From IMG/VR virus record IMGVR_UViG_3300036766_002288, positions 123,012-187,011 of that record: a stretch of DNA of 64,000 nt. One strand, 5' to 3'. The notes under the pieces are model-generated. The model did not search any database. It saw nothing but the letters and a program-made list of their open reading frames with translations, and had not been told where the DNA came from. This document shows, piece after piece, positions 46,818 through 56,287 of the stretch (position 1 is its first letter; every line of letters starts with the position of its first letter). The translations under genes and the position numbers were made by a program. The DNA is from a virus.

Positions 46818-47632
46818 GAATTTTCATATTCCTTTTTAAATTCTTCGAATTCATCGTCTCTCATGTTTGAGCCACCAACGTTATGGTATGCAAGTTTTTG
46901 AAAGGGTAATTTCCCAGGTTTTATATTGCCCCTAATATATTTTGTTGTGTAGATGTGGCAATCGTCCGTTTGGAATGATAGCCATTTCCAGTTGTTTAAT
47001 TTAGCCCAAGCCCAGACTTTACATCCAGTATCGAATACTCCGTCTTTATTTGGATATAATTCAGTACACACCCTAATTAAGCCTGGAGCAAGGAATTTAC
47101 CATCGTAACTAGTATATGAAGTTTCATCTTCATGCATTTCTTTAATCCTGAACATGCCATAGAATTTGAATTGGCCCTTTAACCAATCTTCACCTGGCAA
47201 ATCTTTTTTGTTCATTAAAGTGGCATATACACATGGGAAGAAGGTCATTGCATGGTTTACTGCTGAATTATGCGATAACCCAATGTAATTTAGTTCATAT
47301 TTATTTATCAAATTTATGTAAAGTTCGTCTATGGCTGAATACCAGAAGGTATCTACATCACCTATCATCACGTATTCATTTTGGCTTCTATCAATGCAAT
47401 GATGCAGATTTATGGCATGTTCTAGAGATTGTTGGTGCCTTACACCAGTAAATGTGCCGAATTTAGTGAATTTTATCCCGTTTTTTGTCCAAGTTTCATT
47501 AAGACTCGGTGGGCTATCTGTCTTGGCAATAAGCACCTCGGAGATCAGTTTACTCCTGTTCACTAGAGATTCCAGGAGGTAGGGCAGGTATCTTTCTGTC
47601 TGGTCTAGGGTTACAGTGCAATAAGAAATCAT
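46814..47632 (-). CDS. GT-A glycosyltransferase, subfamily A (copy A6)
   Basis: HAINLH, MIGDVD, FDTGCKVW...WLSFQTDDCH. Confidence 0.72.
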   Translation of the reverse strand: MISYCTVTLDQTERYLPYLLESLVNRSKLISEVLIAKTDSPPSLNETWTKNGIKFTKFGTFTGVRHQQSLEHAINLHHCIDRSQNEYVMIGDVDTFWYSAIDELYINLINKYELNYIGLSHNSAVNHAMTFFPCVYATLMNKKDLPGEDWLKGQFKFYGMFRIKEMHEDETSYTSYDGKFLAPGLIRVCTELYPNKDGVFDTGCKVWAWAKLNNWKWLSFQTDDCHIYTTKYIRGNIKPGKLPFQKLAYHNVGGSNMRDDEFEEFKKEYENS

Positions 47633-47666
47633 GATAAAATTTTTTCAATGCCGCTAATTTAAGTTA

Positions 47667-48167
47667 ATGGTTACGAGCGGCTTAGGCATAAATGTTTTGG
47701 TGAACTCAACTTACAATATTCCAGGGGACTGGATGGCGTTTAGTTTATGTTATTCCATACATAAATTTTTACCAGACGCCAGTATTTTCATTAAATATAC
47801 CAAAAAATCTCAAGTTAGCAAGCAATTATTCAGGTGGATAACCAGCTTGAACATCAAGAATATCAGTAAATTATCTGAGCCATTTCTTAACTTGGAATCA
47901 ACCTTCATCATGATTAGACCTATGGAAACAGTTGTTTTTGACCTAGCGGAAGTGTGTTCAGAGGTCAAGGAAGATAAATTTACACCATTTGTATCTTACC
48001 AAAAAGGATGTGGTAAGTTTGTTGTGGAGGAGTGGATAAATAAAGAGGAGTATCCATTTGCTCAAGCTGATAGTTTTATGACAGAGGATGTGTGTGCCAA
48101 TGAAATTCAAGTATTAAAGCTTTGGAGACAAATGAATACTTTATATCCCTTGCTTACACGAGGTTAA
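47667..48167 (+). CDS. hypothetical protein
   Basis: ORF divergent from GT operon. Confidence 0.55.
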   Translation: MVTSGLGINVLVNSTYNIPGDWMAFSLCYSIHKFLPDASIFIKYTKKSQVSKQLFRWITSLNIKNISKLSEPFLNLESTFIMIRPMETVVFDLAEVCSEVKEDKFTPFVSYQKGCGKFVVEEWINKEEYPFAQADSFMTEDVCANEIQVLKLWRQMNTLYPLLTRG

Positions 48168-48169
48168 TT

Positions 48170-48496
48170 ATGAAAAGATTTGACTACGATGAAAACGAAG
48201 ATGATGACCTATTCCCAGATACTGATGGCATGGGTGATGAAGAAATTTTGAACGCCGAATATATTAAAGTCCTTGAGAAAAGAGAATTAGTTGAAGCAAT
48301 TAAACTTCAATTAATGCAAAGGGAGTTAAATTCTTTCGTTTTAACCGAGGCACTAAAGTATTTGGAAAAAAATTGGTTTTGGAGATTTAAATCTAAAAAA
48401 AAGAAACTAGAGTTAATAGTAGAGACATATCAACTTTTTAAGGCATTAGTGGATATGGAGTCTCAAGGAGAAACAGAAGTTGAGGAACAAGAGTAA
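48170..48496 (+). CDS. acidic hypothetical protein
   Basis: SD GAGG before ATG 48170. Confidence 0.55.
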   Translation: MKRFDYDENEDDDLFPDTDGMGDEEILNAEYIKVLEKRELVEAIKLQLMQRELNSFVLTEALKYLEKNWFWRFKSKKKKLELIVETYQLFKALVDMESQGETEVEEQE

Positions 48497-48507
48497 GGAG
48501 GTGTATC

Positions 48508-48801
48508 ATGCCGCAATACACCTTTAAATGTTTGAAGTGTTCACGTTGCTATACAGAATTAGCTGAATGGGACGAAACAAATAAATACAAGGGCGTTAAA
48601 TGTCCACATTGTAAGTCAAAGAAAAAAGAAAGAACCTTTGATTATAATGTTAATTGCACTTTTGGTAATCCTAAAGAGAGTAGTAAGTGGGATAATTTTG
48701 GTTATAGGGCTGGCTATAACATGGAAGGTGCCAAAAATGACCGTCGCAAAGCTGCGGCTAAATCACATATGGGCATTGATCCTTATCCTAATATGTCTTA
48801 A
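48508..48801 (+). CDS. FmdB-family zinc-ribbon protein
   Basis: MPQYTFKCLKC...KCPHC. Confidence 0.75.
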   Translation: MPQYTFKCLKCSRCYTELAEWDETNKYKGVKCPHCKSKKKERTFDYNVNCTFGNPKESSKWDNFGYRAGYNMEGAKNDRRKAAAKSHMGIDPYPNMS

Positions 48802-48875
48802 ATTTTTAAAATTAGATTGTTTTGATATAAAGCATACTGTATAGTTATAAATTACAGACCCTATGGAGTTAAAGT

Positions 48876-50957
48876 ATGGAGAAATCCCTTAATTTAGACC
48901 GCATTGCTGCTAAGTTTAACGTTGAAGAATTCAACACCCTTAATGAGGAAATGAGTTTTTCTGAGTATTTGGACAAAGTATATGCCAACCCATTGCTGAT
49001 TAGAACTGCGTATCAAAGACTTTATGATATGGTTGTCAGTGAAGGCATGGAAGAAATATATGAGAACAAAGAGAAGTTGTTTAGATATAAGTTCTTCGAT
49101 AACCCAGAAATCCCTATTTTTGGCTTGCACAAGCCTTTGAACGAGCTAGTTAAGTTCTTCAGGGGTGCTGCTGGTGGCTATGGTACCGAAAAGAGAATTC
49201 TTCTTCTTCATGGTCCAGTAGGTTCTTCCAAATCGACCATTCTTAGATTAATCAAACATGGCCTTGAGAAATATACGGCAAAGCCTGAAGGGGCATGGTA
49301 TTCCTTTAAGTGGATTAATCTGCCAACAGGTAAAGATGGCATTTATACCCATTGCGAAAATGATTGCCCAATGCACGAAGAACCTATCAAACTTATCCCT
49401 AAGCAATTGAGAAAGAAAGTCATTGCTGAATTGAATGAGATTCATCAGGAAAACTTGGCTGATAAGGACAAAAATGCTGCTTATACCCTAACCTGCATCG
49501 GTGAACTTGATCCACGTTGCCGTAAGTTTATGAAGGAATTGATGATAAAGGAGAAGGGGAATTGGAAAGTAGTCCTTGATAAGTATATCAGAGTTGTGAG
49601 AAAGGTTCACTCTGAAAGTGACCGTTGTGGCATTGCTACCTTCCAGCCAAAGGACGAAAAGAACCAGGATGCTACAGAACTAACTGGTGATATTGATTTT
49701 GGTAAGATCGGTCAATTTGGTGCAGATTCTGATTCCAGAGCATTCAGTTTTGATGGTGAATTGTGTGTGGGTAATCGTGGTGTCGTTGAATTCATCGAAA
49801 TGCTCAAACTTGCACAAGAATTCCTATATGACCTATTAGGCGCAAGCCAAGAACGTCAAATCAAACCCAAGAAGTTCTCGCAGATTTCAATTGATGAAGC
49901 AATCATAGGTCATACTAACAATCCAGAATATGAGAGACTTAAGAGCAATCAATATATGGAAGCTCTTAAGGATAGAACTGTAAAGATTGATATTCCTTAC
50001 TTGCTGAGTTGGGCAGATGAGACAAGAGTATTAGAACAGGATTATGGAACTGGCAAAGTAAAACAGCATGTCGCACCTCATACGTTAGAAATCGCAAGTT
50101 TGTGGTGTATTTTGACACGTTTGGAAGATGACAAGGATGGCAAACTTACTCTTGTACAAAAGGCAAAGCTTTATAATGGAGAAATACTTCCTGGCTATAC
50201 AGAAGATACCATTAAAGAACTACATGACAAACACCCAAATGAAGGGCTAAAGTTTGGTGTCAGTGCCCGTTATTCACAGGACAAGATCAGTAATTGCTTG
50301 AGCAACAATCACGATTACATCAGTCCTTTCATGGTCCTACATGAGATTAAGGAAGGTCTAGGCAACAACACATTAATCAACAAGAAGGAAGAGTTGGCCC
50401 ACTATTATAATTGTGTGGATTTAACGATCAAGGAGTTTAATAAAATCCTCATGGACGAGGTAAGAAAGGCATTAGTGGGCGATGAGAAGGTAATTGAAAG
50501 ACTGTGTGCGAATTATATTGAGAATATCTTGGCGTATATCAGAAAGTCCAAGGTTAAGAATAAGTTTACGGGTAGGGATGAACCGCCAAATGAACGTTTG
50601 ATGCGTTCTATCGAAGAAAAGATTGGTATCCCAGATCAAGGTGTTGACGATTTTCGTCGCACAATTGCTGCTTTCATTGGTGATATGGCTAATAGCGACA
50701 AGAAATTCCGTTGGGACAGCAATCCTGAGTTAAAACAGGCTTTGCAAGACAAGTTGTTCGAAGATACACAAGATCATATTAAGCTATCAACGCTTAATGT
50801 ATCAGAGGCAACTGTAGTACAACCAGATATCCAAGAAAAAATCGACCAGATCAAGAAGAGACTTATCGACCAATATGGATATAACGAAAGGTCTGCTTCG
50901 GATGTTTTGGATTATGTTGGAAGTTTGTTCGCTCAGAATAAGACTGAGGAGAAGTAA
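48876..50957 (+). CDS. prkA: PrkA/YeaG-family AAA+ protein
   Basis: ILLLHGPVGSSKS, CPMHEEP, FQPKDEKNQD, NRGVVEFIEMLK, GHTNNPEY, EALKDR. Confidence 0.93.
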   Translation: MEKSLNLDRIAAKFNVEEFNTLNEEMSFSEYLDKVYANPLLIRTAYQRLYDMVVSEGMEEIYENKEKLFRYKFFDNPEIPIFGLHKPLNELVKFFRGAAGGYGTEKRILLLHGPVGSSKSTILRLIKHGLEKYTAKPEGAWYSFKWINLPTGKDGIYTHCENDCPMHEEPIKLIPKQLRKKVIAELNEIHQENLADKDKNAAYTLTCIGELDPRCRKFMKELMIKEKGNWKVVLDKYIRVVRKVHSESDRCGIATFQPKDEKNQDATELTGDIDFGKIGQFGADSDSRAFSFDGELCVGNRGVVEFIEMLKLAQEFLYDLLGASQERQIKPKKFSQISIDEAIIGHTNNPEYERLKSNQYMEALKDRTVKIDIPYLLSWADETRVLEQDYGTGKVKQHVAPHTLEIASLWCILTRLEDDKDGKLTLVQKAKLYNGEILPGYTEDTIKELHDKHPNEGLKFGVSARYSQDKISNCLSNNHDYISPFMVLHEIKEGLGNNTLINKKEELAHYYNCVDLTIKEFNKILMDEVRKALVGDEKVIERLCANYIENILAYIRKSKVKNKFTGRDEPPNERLMRSIEEKIGIPDQGVDDFRRTIAAFIGDMANSDKKFRWDSNPELKQALQDKLFEDTQDHIKLSTLNVSEATVVQPDIQEKIDQIKKRLIDQYGYNERSASDVLDYVGSLFAQNKTEEK

Positions 50958-50960
50958 TTT

Positions 50961-50999
50961 AACGGACCTTCTGCCTAATTACGCAGAAGGTCCGTTTTT
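50961..50999 (+). terminator. intrinsic terminator
   Basis: 14-bp stem plus T-run. Confidence 0.8.
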
Positions 51000-51013
51000 C
51001 TTAGGAGACTAAT

Positions 51014-51244
51014 ATGTTTAATCCTTGGTTATTTAGGCATCAGTTTCCAGTAGGTAGTCAAGTTGAAATATTAAGGGAAGGGACGCTTGATGTTTATCAA
51101 GAGAAAATGGTTGGTAAAATAGGCACTGTTACGAATGTTGACTTTTTTAACGAATGGGTAGGTGTGCATATTGATGGTGGTCCTAAATGGATTTGTAACG
51201 TAAGGAGTTCAGATGAAATTTTATTTAAGAGATCGCAACCCTAA
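51014..51244 (+). CDS. hypothetical (SH3/KOW-like) protein
   Basis: SD AGGAG; VGSQV...GKIGTV pattern. Confidence 0.45.
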   Translation: MFNPWLFRHQFPVGSQVEILREGTLDVYQEKMVGKIGTVTNVDFFNEWVGVHIDGGPKWICNVRSSDEILFKRSQP

Positions 51245-51803
51245 AATCACGGAAGCATGGCAGATGTTCTTTAAAGACAATCCTGACTTTGATGTGTCTA
51301 CAGGGAATATATTCGAAGGGCCAAAAACTGATGCAATCATAAGTCCTGCAAATAGTTTTGGGTTCATGTGCGGTGGTATTGATGCAGTTTACACTGCTTT
51401 ATTCGGTGTCCAACTACAAAATAGACTGCAAGCTTTGATTAAAGAACAGTTTTTTGGTGAGATACCAGTAGGTCAAGCCGCAATTATTGAGACCAATCAT
51501 ACAAGACATAAGTGGCTTATTTGTGCCCCAACTATGCGAGTACCAGATGTTGTCAAAGGTACCGTGAACGCTTTTCTAGCTTTTAGGGCATCATTACTGG
51601 TGGTCAAACATTTCAACGAATATTCAGACACTCCTATTGAATCAATTCTGTGTCCAGGTCTTGGCACTGCTGTAGGAGAATTAACTTCATGGAGTTGTGC
51701 CAGACAGATGTATGAAGCATATAAGGCAATTTGGCTAGGACAGCCTAAAGACCCAACTGATATTGCCGATATATTTTGCCAAAACAGGGAGTTAGCTCAG
51801 TGA
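51213..51803 (+). CDS. macrodomain (ADP-ribose binding/hydrolase)
   Basis: DAIISPANSFGFMCGGID, CAPTMRVP, CPGLGTAVG. Confidence 0.88.
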   Translation: MKFYLRDRNPKITEAWQMFFKDNPDFDVSTGNIFEGPKTDAIISPANSFGFMCGGIDAVYTALFGVQLQNRLQALIKEQFFGEIPVGQAAIIETNHTRHKWLICAPTMRVPDVVKGTVNAFLAFRASLLVVKHFNEYSDTPIESILCPGLGTAVGELTSWSCARQMYEAYKAIWLGQPKDPTDIADIFCQNRELAQ

Positions 51804-51862
51804 GAAAAATATGTCAAGCATGATAAGAAGCCTGATGACACTGAATTCATTGAACATTAAGA

Positions 51863-51902
51863 TTGATTTGGCATTAAGACATGTATATAATAATGGAGGA
51901 GG
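51863..51902 (+). promoter_or_regulatory. sigma70-type promoter and strong SD for yeaH-spoVR
   Basis: TTGATT-N17-TATAAT (51863-51891), GGAGGAGG (51895-51902). Confidence 0.7.
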
Positions 51903-51908
51903 TGTCAT

Positions 51909-53090
51909 ATCCCTAAGACAATCGACGAAGACCACAAACATTTTATTGATGTTATTGATGGCAAGCTAAGAAAAGAGCTTAAAAAATATATTAAAACAAA
52001 CCGTTTCGTTCGGCTCAGGGGCAAAAACGGTCATGCAGTAGTGTCACTTCCAACGATTGATATTCCACATTTCACTTGTGGTGAAGGTAATACAGGCGTA
52101 GGTCGCGGTCCAGGTAAGCCTGGTGATGTTTTCAAGAAAGATAAAGAAAAAGGCAATGGAAATGAAGCTGGTGAAGATGAAGGCGAAGGAATGCTTGTTA
52201 ACGTTCCTATTGAATATTTTATAGACGAATTTGGTAATGAATTGAAATTACCACCGTTGCTGCCAAAGCCGACAGAGACTTTCGAAGATGTTAAAATCAA
52301 GTATAATGACATTTCTAAATCAGGTCCAGAATCATTGCGACATAATCGCAGAACAATTCTTCAAGCCTTGAGGAGACAAGCTTCTCAAGGTGAATTAGAG
52401 AAGTTCTTAGAGGTTCCTGGCAGTACTGACCCGATTAGGGTTATCCAACCTATTAATAGTGACCGTCGTTATCGTCAATATAAGCAAATCAGGATTCCTA
52501 GTACACAAGCGGTTGTCATGTTTGGGCGGGATGGTTCTGGGTCGATCAATGATGAAAAGTGTGAAATAATAAGTGACATGGCATATTGGATTGATAAGTG
52601 GGTAAGGCGGTTCTATGAAAAAGTAGAAGTTTGTTACTATTGGCATGATGTTGTGGCCAAGGAAGTGGATGAAGATACTTTCTATAAGTTGCGACATGGT
52701 GGTGGTACGATGTGTAGTTCTTGTACTAAAATGATGGCTAGTGAGTTCGAGAATAGATTTCCGCCTAATAAGTGGAATATATACTGTTTTTATTTCACTG
52801 ATGGTGATAATTGGAGTGGCGACACTCCTAAGTTTATAGAAGATTTAAAGGTTAAGTTCGCACCGAATATATGTAATCTATTCGGTGTTACACAGGTTTT
52901 GCCTGATGGCAGTGTGACTGTAAAAGATGCCGTTGATGAAGCTGACTTGCCTAATGTTCGTACCACCGCTATAGGAAGTGAAGGTGGGCATGATTCTTGG
53001 TCAAGTGAGGCAAGAATGACAGAAGACGAAAGAAACGAAGCTATTAAGCAAGCACTTAAGAAATTATTAAGTGTCGAAGAGGGTGCATAA
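51909..53090 (+). CDS. yeaH: YeaH/YhbH (DUF444) VWA-like protein, apparent ATC start
   Basis: homologous N-terminus PKTIDEDHKHF...LRKELKKYI lies upstream of the track's GTG; DGSGS, HGGGT, FYFTDGDNW. Confidence 0.88.
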   Translation: MPKTIDEDHKHFIDVIDGKLRKELKKYIKTNRFVRLRGKNGHAVVSLPTIDIPHFTCGEGNTGVGRGPGKPGDVFKKDKEKGNGNEAGEDEGEGMLVNVPIEYFIDEFGNELKLPPLLPKPTETFEDVKIKYNDISKSGPESLRHNRRTILQALRRQASQGELEKFLEVPGSTDPIRVIQPINSDRRYRQYKQIRIPSTQAVVMFGRDGSGSINDEKCEIISDMAYWIDKWVRRFYEKVEVCYYWHDVVAKEVDEDTFYKLRHGGGTMCSSCTKMMASEFENRFPPNKWNIYCFYFTDGDNWSGDTPKFIEDLKVKFAPNICNLFGVTQVLPDGSVTVKDAVDEADLPNVRTTAIGSEGGHDSWSSEARMTEDERNEAIKQALKKLLSVEEGA

Positions 53091-54698
53091 ATGAGTTCTA
53101 AATTCATGCGGGGTTCACCACTGTTAGATTGTGGTCAAACAACTCCAGGCTGTCATCTTACAATCGAAGAAAAGAAAGTGTTTAACCAAGTTCTCAGGAT
53201 ATCCAAGGACTATGGTTTAGATTTTTATCCAACCATAATTCAAAAAGTAAAATACGATGAGATGAGTGAGATTGCTGCTTATGGTGGCTTCCCACATCGT
53301 TATCCACATTGGTATTGGGGAATGCAGTATGAAGAACTTCAGAGAGGATATGAGTATAACCAACACAGAATCTATGAGTTAGTTGTCAATACGAATCCTT
53401 GTGTCATGTATTTGTTGGCATCTAACACCATGACCGACAATATTTGTGTTGTGTTCCACGCGACTGGACATAATGACTTTTTTAAGAATAACATATTCTT
53501 CACGCCAACTGATGAAAATATGATGAATAAGTTGGCTAATAATGGGGATAGGATTAGAAAGTATTCGGCTAGGTGGGGCAGGGAAAAGGTTACTGAGTTT
53601 ATTGACCACGTTCTTAGAATTCAGAATTTAATTGACCCATCTAAAGCATGGTTAAACAGAGAGATCAAAGAACCTGTTATAAGGGATAGTAGAGAATATG
53701 AATTCCCAAGAAGATTAAAGACCAAGAGTGATAGGACACATATGGATTCTTGGCTTAATCCACAGAGATATATTGACGAAGAATACAAAAGAATTCAGGA
53801 TTTAGAATTGGCTAAAGAGCTAGATTTATTCCAAAACCCAGATAAGGATATCTTGGGATTTATCAAGGATTATGCAAGGTTTAAGCCTTGGCAGGCAGAT
53901 ATTATTGCAATGTTGTATGAGGAAGCAATGTATTTTGCCCCGCAGAGACAAACCAAGACGTTGAATGAAGGTTGGGCGTCCTTGATGGACTATGAGTTCC
54001 TTGCAAGACAAGGTTATGTTTCACTAGGACTGAAAAGCCATGATATGGGCATTTTTGAATATGCCGAACATAAAATGGGCGTCTTGGGCGGTAAGTATTC
54101 AATGAATCCATATAAAACTGGTTTCTATCTGTTGCTTGATATAGAAGAACGTTGGAACAAAGGCCGATTTGGTGAAGCTTGGGAAGATTGTAAAACCCTA
54201 AAAGAAAAAGAAAATTGGGACTTAAAACTCAACCTTGGTAAGGAAAAGGTCTTCGAAGTTAGAAGAAATTATAATGACGTAACTTTTATTAATGAATTCT
54301 TTACCCAAGAGTTTTGTGATAAGTATGAATATTTTGATTGGAGACATTATCCAGGGGGTGAGTGGAAGATCGAAAGTAGGGATGCAAAGGTAATCAAGAG
54401 AAAATTATTACAACGACATGTTAATGGCGGCTCACCAGATATTAGATTGGTTGATCCTAATCACCGTAATAAAGATTATTTGCTATTACAGCATTATTCG
54501 GATAGCCTGGACGACCGTGCTTTGTTTGAACCTTATGCTAGAGCAGTGATGACTTCTCTTTATTATTTCTGGGGTAAAGAAGTTATGCTGGTTTCAGCTA
54601 ATTCAAATAAAGAGGAAATAGTCTACGTTTGCATGGGTAAAGACCCAGAAAAAGATGTGGCTGTCATGAGCAGAGAAGAATACGAAAAGACATGGTAG
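53091..54698 (+). CDS. spoVR: SpoVR/YcgB-family protein
   Basis: GFPHRYPHWYWG, IYELVVN, GHNDFFKNN, QTKTLNEGWAS, NPYKTG. Confidence 0.93.
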   Translation: MSSKFMRGSPLLDCGQTTPGCHLTIEEKKVFNQVLRISKDYGLDFYPTIIQKVKYDEMSEIAAYGGFPHRYPHWYWGMQYEELQRGYEYNQHRIYELVVNTNPCVMYLLASNTMTDNICVVFHATGHNDFFKNNIFFTPTDENMMNKLANNGDRIRKYSARWGREKVTEFIDHVLRIQNLIDPSKAWLNREIKEPVIRDSREYEFPRRLKTKSDRTHMDSWLNPQRYIDEEYKRIQDLELAKELDLFQNPDKDILGFIKDYARFKPWQADIIAMLYEEAMYFAPQRQTKTLNEGWASLMDYEFLARQGYVSLGLKSHDMGIFEYAEHKMGVLGGKYSMNPYKTGFYLLLDIEERWNKGRFGEAWEDCKTLKEKENWDLKLNLGKEKVFEVRRNYNDVTFINEFFTQEFCDKYEYFDWRHYPGGEWKIESRDAKVIKRKLLQRHVNGGSPDIRLVDPNHRNKDYLLLQHYSDSLDDRALFEPYARAVMTSLYYFWGKEVMLVSANSNKEEIVYVCMGKDPEKDVAVMSREEYEKTW

Positions 54699-54919
54699 AA
54701 AAATTTCTCGCTTTCCTGATTTTTTATTTTACGTTCGTAATTCTACCATTTATTGGCGGTATAAGTGGCATTTTAGAGTGTTATCAAGAGTTTAAAAACA
54801 AGAAGATAGTTCAAGGTTGTTTTACACTCTCCTTGGCTATCTTTTTGTTAATTTTTGAAGTGGCTTTTTTCTGGCTGTTTCTTTTCAAGATAATGCTTGA
54901 GTTACTCCATAGTGCGTAG
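54692..54919 (+). CDS. small membrane protein
   Basis: two hydrophobic segments. Confidence 0.45.
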   Translation: MVEKFLAFLIFYFTFVILPFIGGISGILECYQEFKNKKIVQGCFTLSLAIFLLIFEVAFFWLFLFKIMLELLHSA

Positions 54920-54993
54920 TTTACCAGCTTGCACTCCACTATTGGCCATATCCATTGGCTCACCTTGTATAGACTTGGTTTTTCTCGTTGGCA

Positions 54994-55752
54994 TTACCTT
55001 ACTTTTTTTTTTGTATCTTCCAAATTGTCTATTTCAGGTGGTGCCGTAGTTTCTCTCATAATCTTGTTAAGCCTATTTAGGTTGGTCTCAACTTGAAGTG
55101 CTTTCGCAATTTCTAAGTATGCTTCTGGCTGACTTAATACTGCCTGCATAAGTTCTTCAAAGCCACCTTTTCTCTTAATCTCCCTTACTAAGGTCTCGAT
55201 TAAGTTCTTGTTGTGAGTGACGAGTGTACTAGCTTGCATAACTTGATTGATTTCTGTGCCACTATTCTTTTTCAATATAAAATCAGCAAACTGTTCATAA
55301 TTCAAATCCTTGGTTTCACTTAGGAAGGATTCAGTTTTGCTAGCTTTTACCATTTTTGGTGGGATTGGTTCTTTTGTAGTGGTATCGACTTTTTTATTAA
55401 CACGCACATCCAATTTCTGGCTTGCGGTCTTAGGGTTATAAATTAGGCCAGCGTCACCTTTATCACCAAGGGATTCCTTTTCAGGGCCACCATCGGCAGT
55501 TTCTAGTCCAGGGTCTTTGCCTGGAGCGCTGTAGGGCACTGGATCGGCTCCATTTGGAGTGTCATTTATCTGGGCTGCTTCGGTTGCAGCAGCAGCACCA
55601 CTTTTGCCTACAAGGTGCCAACCTTTGCCTTTAGTCGCCGCTTTTGGTGGTTTTGGTGTAGGAGTTGGTCCTGTATCTGCCAAAGGGTCAACTATCGGTT
55701 TCTCGATTTTCTTGTTTTTATCCAAATATTCTTGAAAACTGGTAAATGCCAT
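54994..55752 (-). CDS. putative internal virion protein (T4 IP-like N-terminus, Pro-rich)
   Basis: ATG is on the minus strand at 55752 with SD GAGAGG; MAFTSFQEYLD. Confidence 0.6.
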   Translation of the reverse strand: MAFTSFQEYLDKNKKIEKPIVDPLADTGPTPTPKPPKAATKGKGWHLVGKSGAAAATEAAQINDTPNGADPVPYSAPGKDPGLETADGGPEKESLGDKGDAGLIYNPKTASQKLDVRVNKKVDTTTKEPIPPKMVKASKTESFLSETKDLNYEQFADFILKKNSGTEINQVMQASTLVTHNKNLIETLVREIKRKGGFEELMQAVLSQPEAYLEIAKALQVETNLNRLNKIMRETTAPPEIDNLEDTKKKVR

Positions 55753-55833
55753 AATTTTTTCCTCTCAAATATATATTAAGTCTTGAGAAATTTGTTTTGA
55801 CTTATTATTATTTTCGGGTATATATGGATGTTC

Positions 55834-56182
55834 GGGGGTGAAATGGTATCGACAGTTTTGTTGAAAAACAACTCTGCAAGCCGCAGTTGAACGAAGGGCT
55901 GCGATAAAAATCGTTCAATTTTCAGATGCAGAAAATACTTATGCATTGGCTGCTTAATTAAATAAGCAGGAACCTTCTACGGGATATCTGCGACTGTAGC
56001 GGGTTAATTAGCAGGTTGGGTTATTCAAATGTAGATTTTGAATAATCGAGATTTTTCTACTGGTTATCTTCGGGATTTGCTGGTTGTTCCTTGAGATAGC
56101 GAGATTAAACAATTAGAAAAGCTTGTAACGAAGATTGTTTATTAGACCAAGCTGGACCAGAGTTCGACTCTCTGCACCTCCA
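55834..56182 (+). ncRNA. ssrA: tmRNA
   Basis: 5' GGGGGTG...TCGAC; 3' T-arm GTTCGACTC and CACCTCCA; G3:U70 pair; tag ORF AENTYALAA* at 55928-55957. Confidence 0.95.
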
Positions 56183-56216
56183 ATAAAAACCTCCCCAAAA
56201 GGGAGGTTTTTATTTT
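56183..56216 (+). terminator. intrinsic terminator after tmRNA
   Basis: ATAAAAACCTCCC/GGGAGGTTTTTAT. Confidence 0.8.
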
Positions 56217-56221
56217 GTCTA

Positions 56222-56250
56222 TTGCTTTATTCTGGATAAATTACTATCAT
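56222..56250 (+). promoter_or_regulatory. sigma70-type promoter
   Basis: TTGCTT-N17-TATCAT. Confidence 0.55.
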
Positions 56251-56287
56251 GAAATGAGTTCTAAATCACACTATCGGAGTTTGAATA

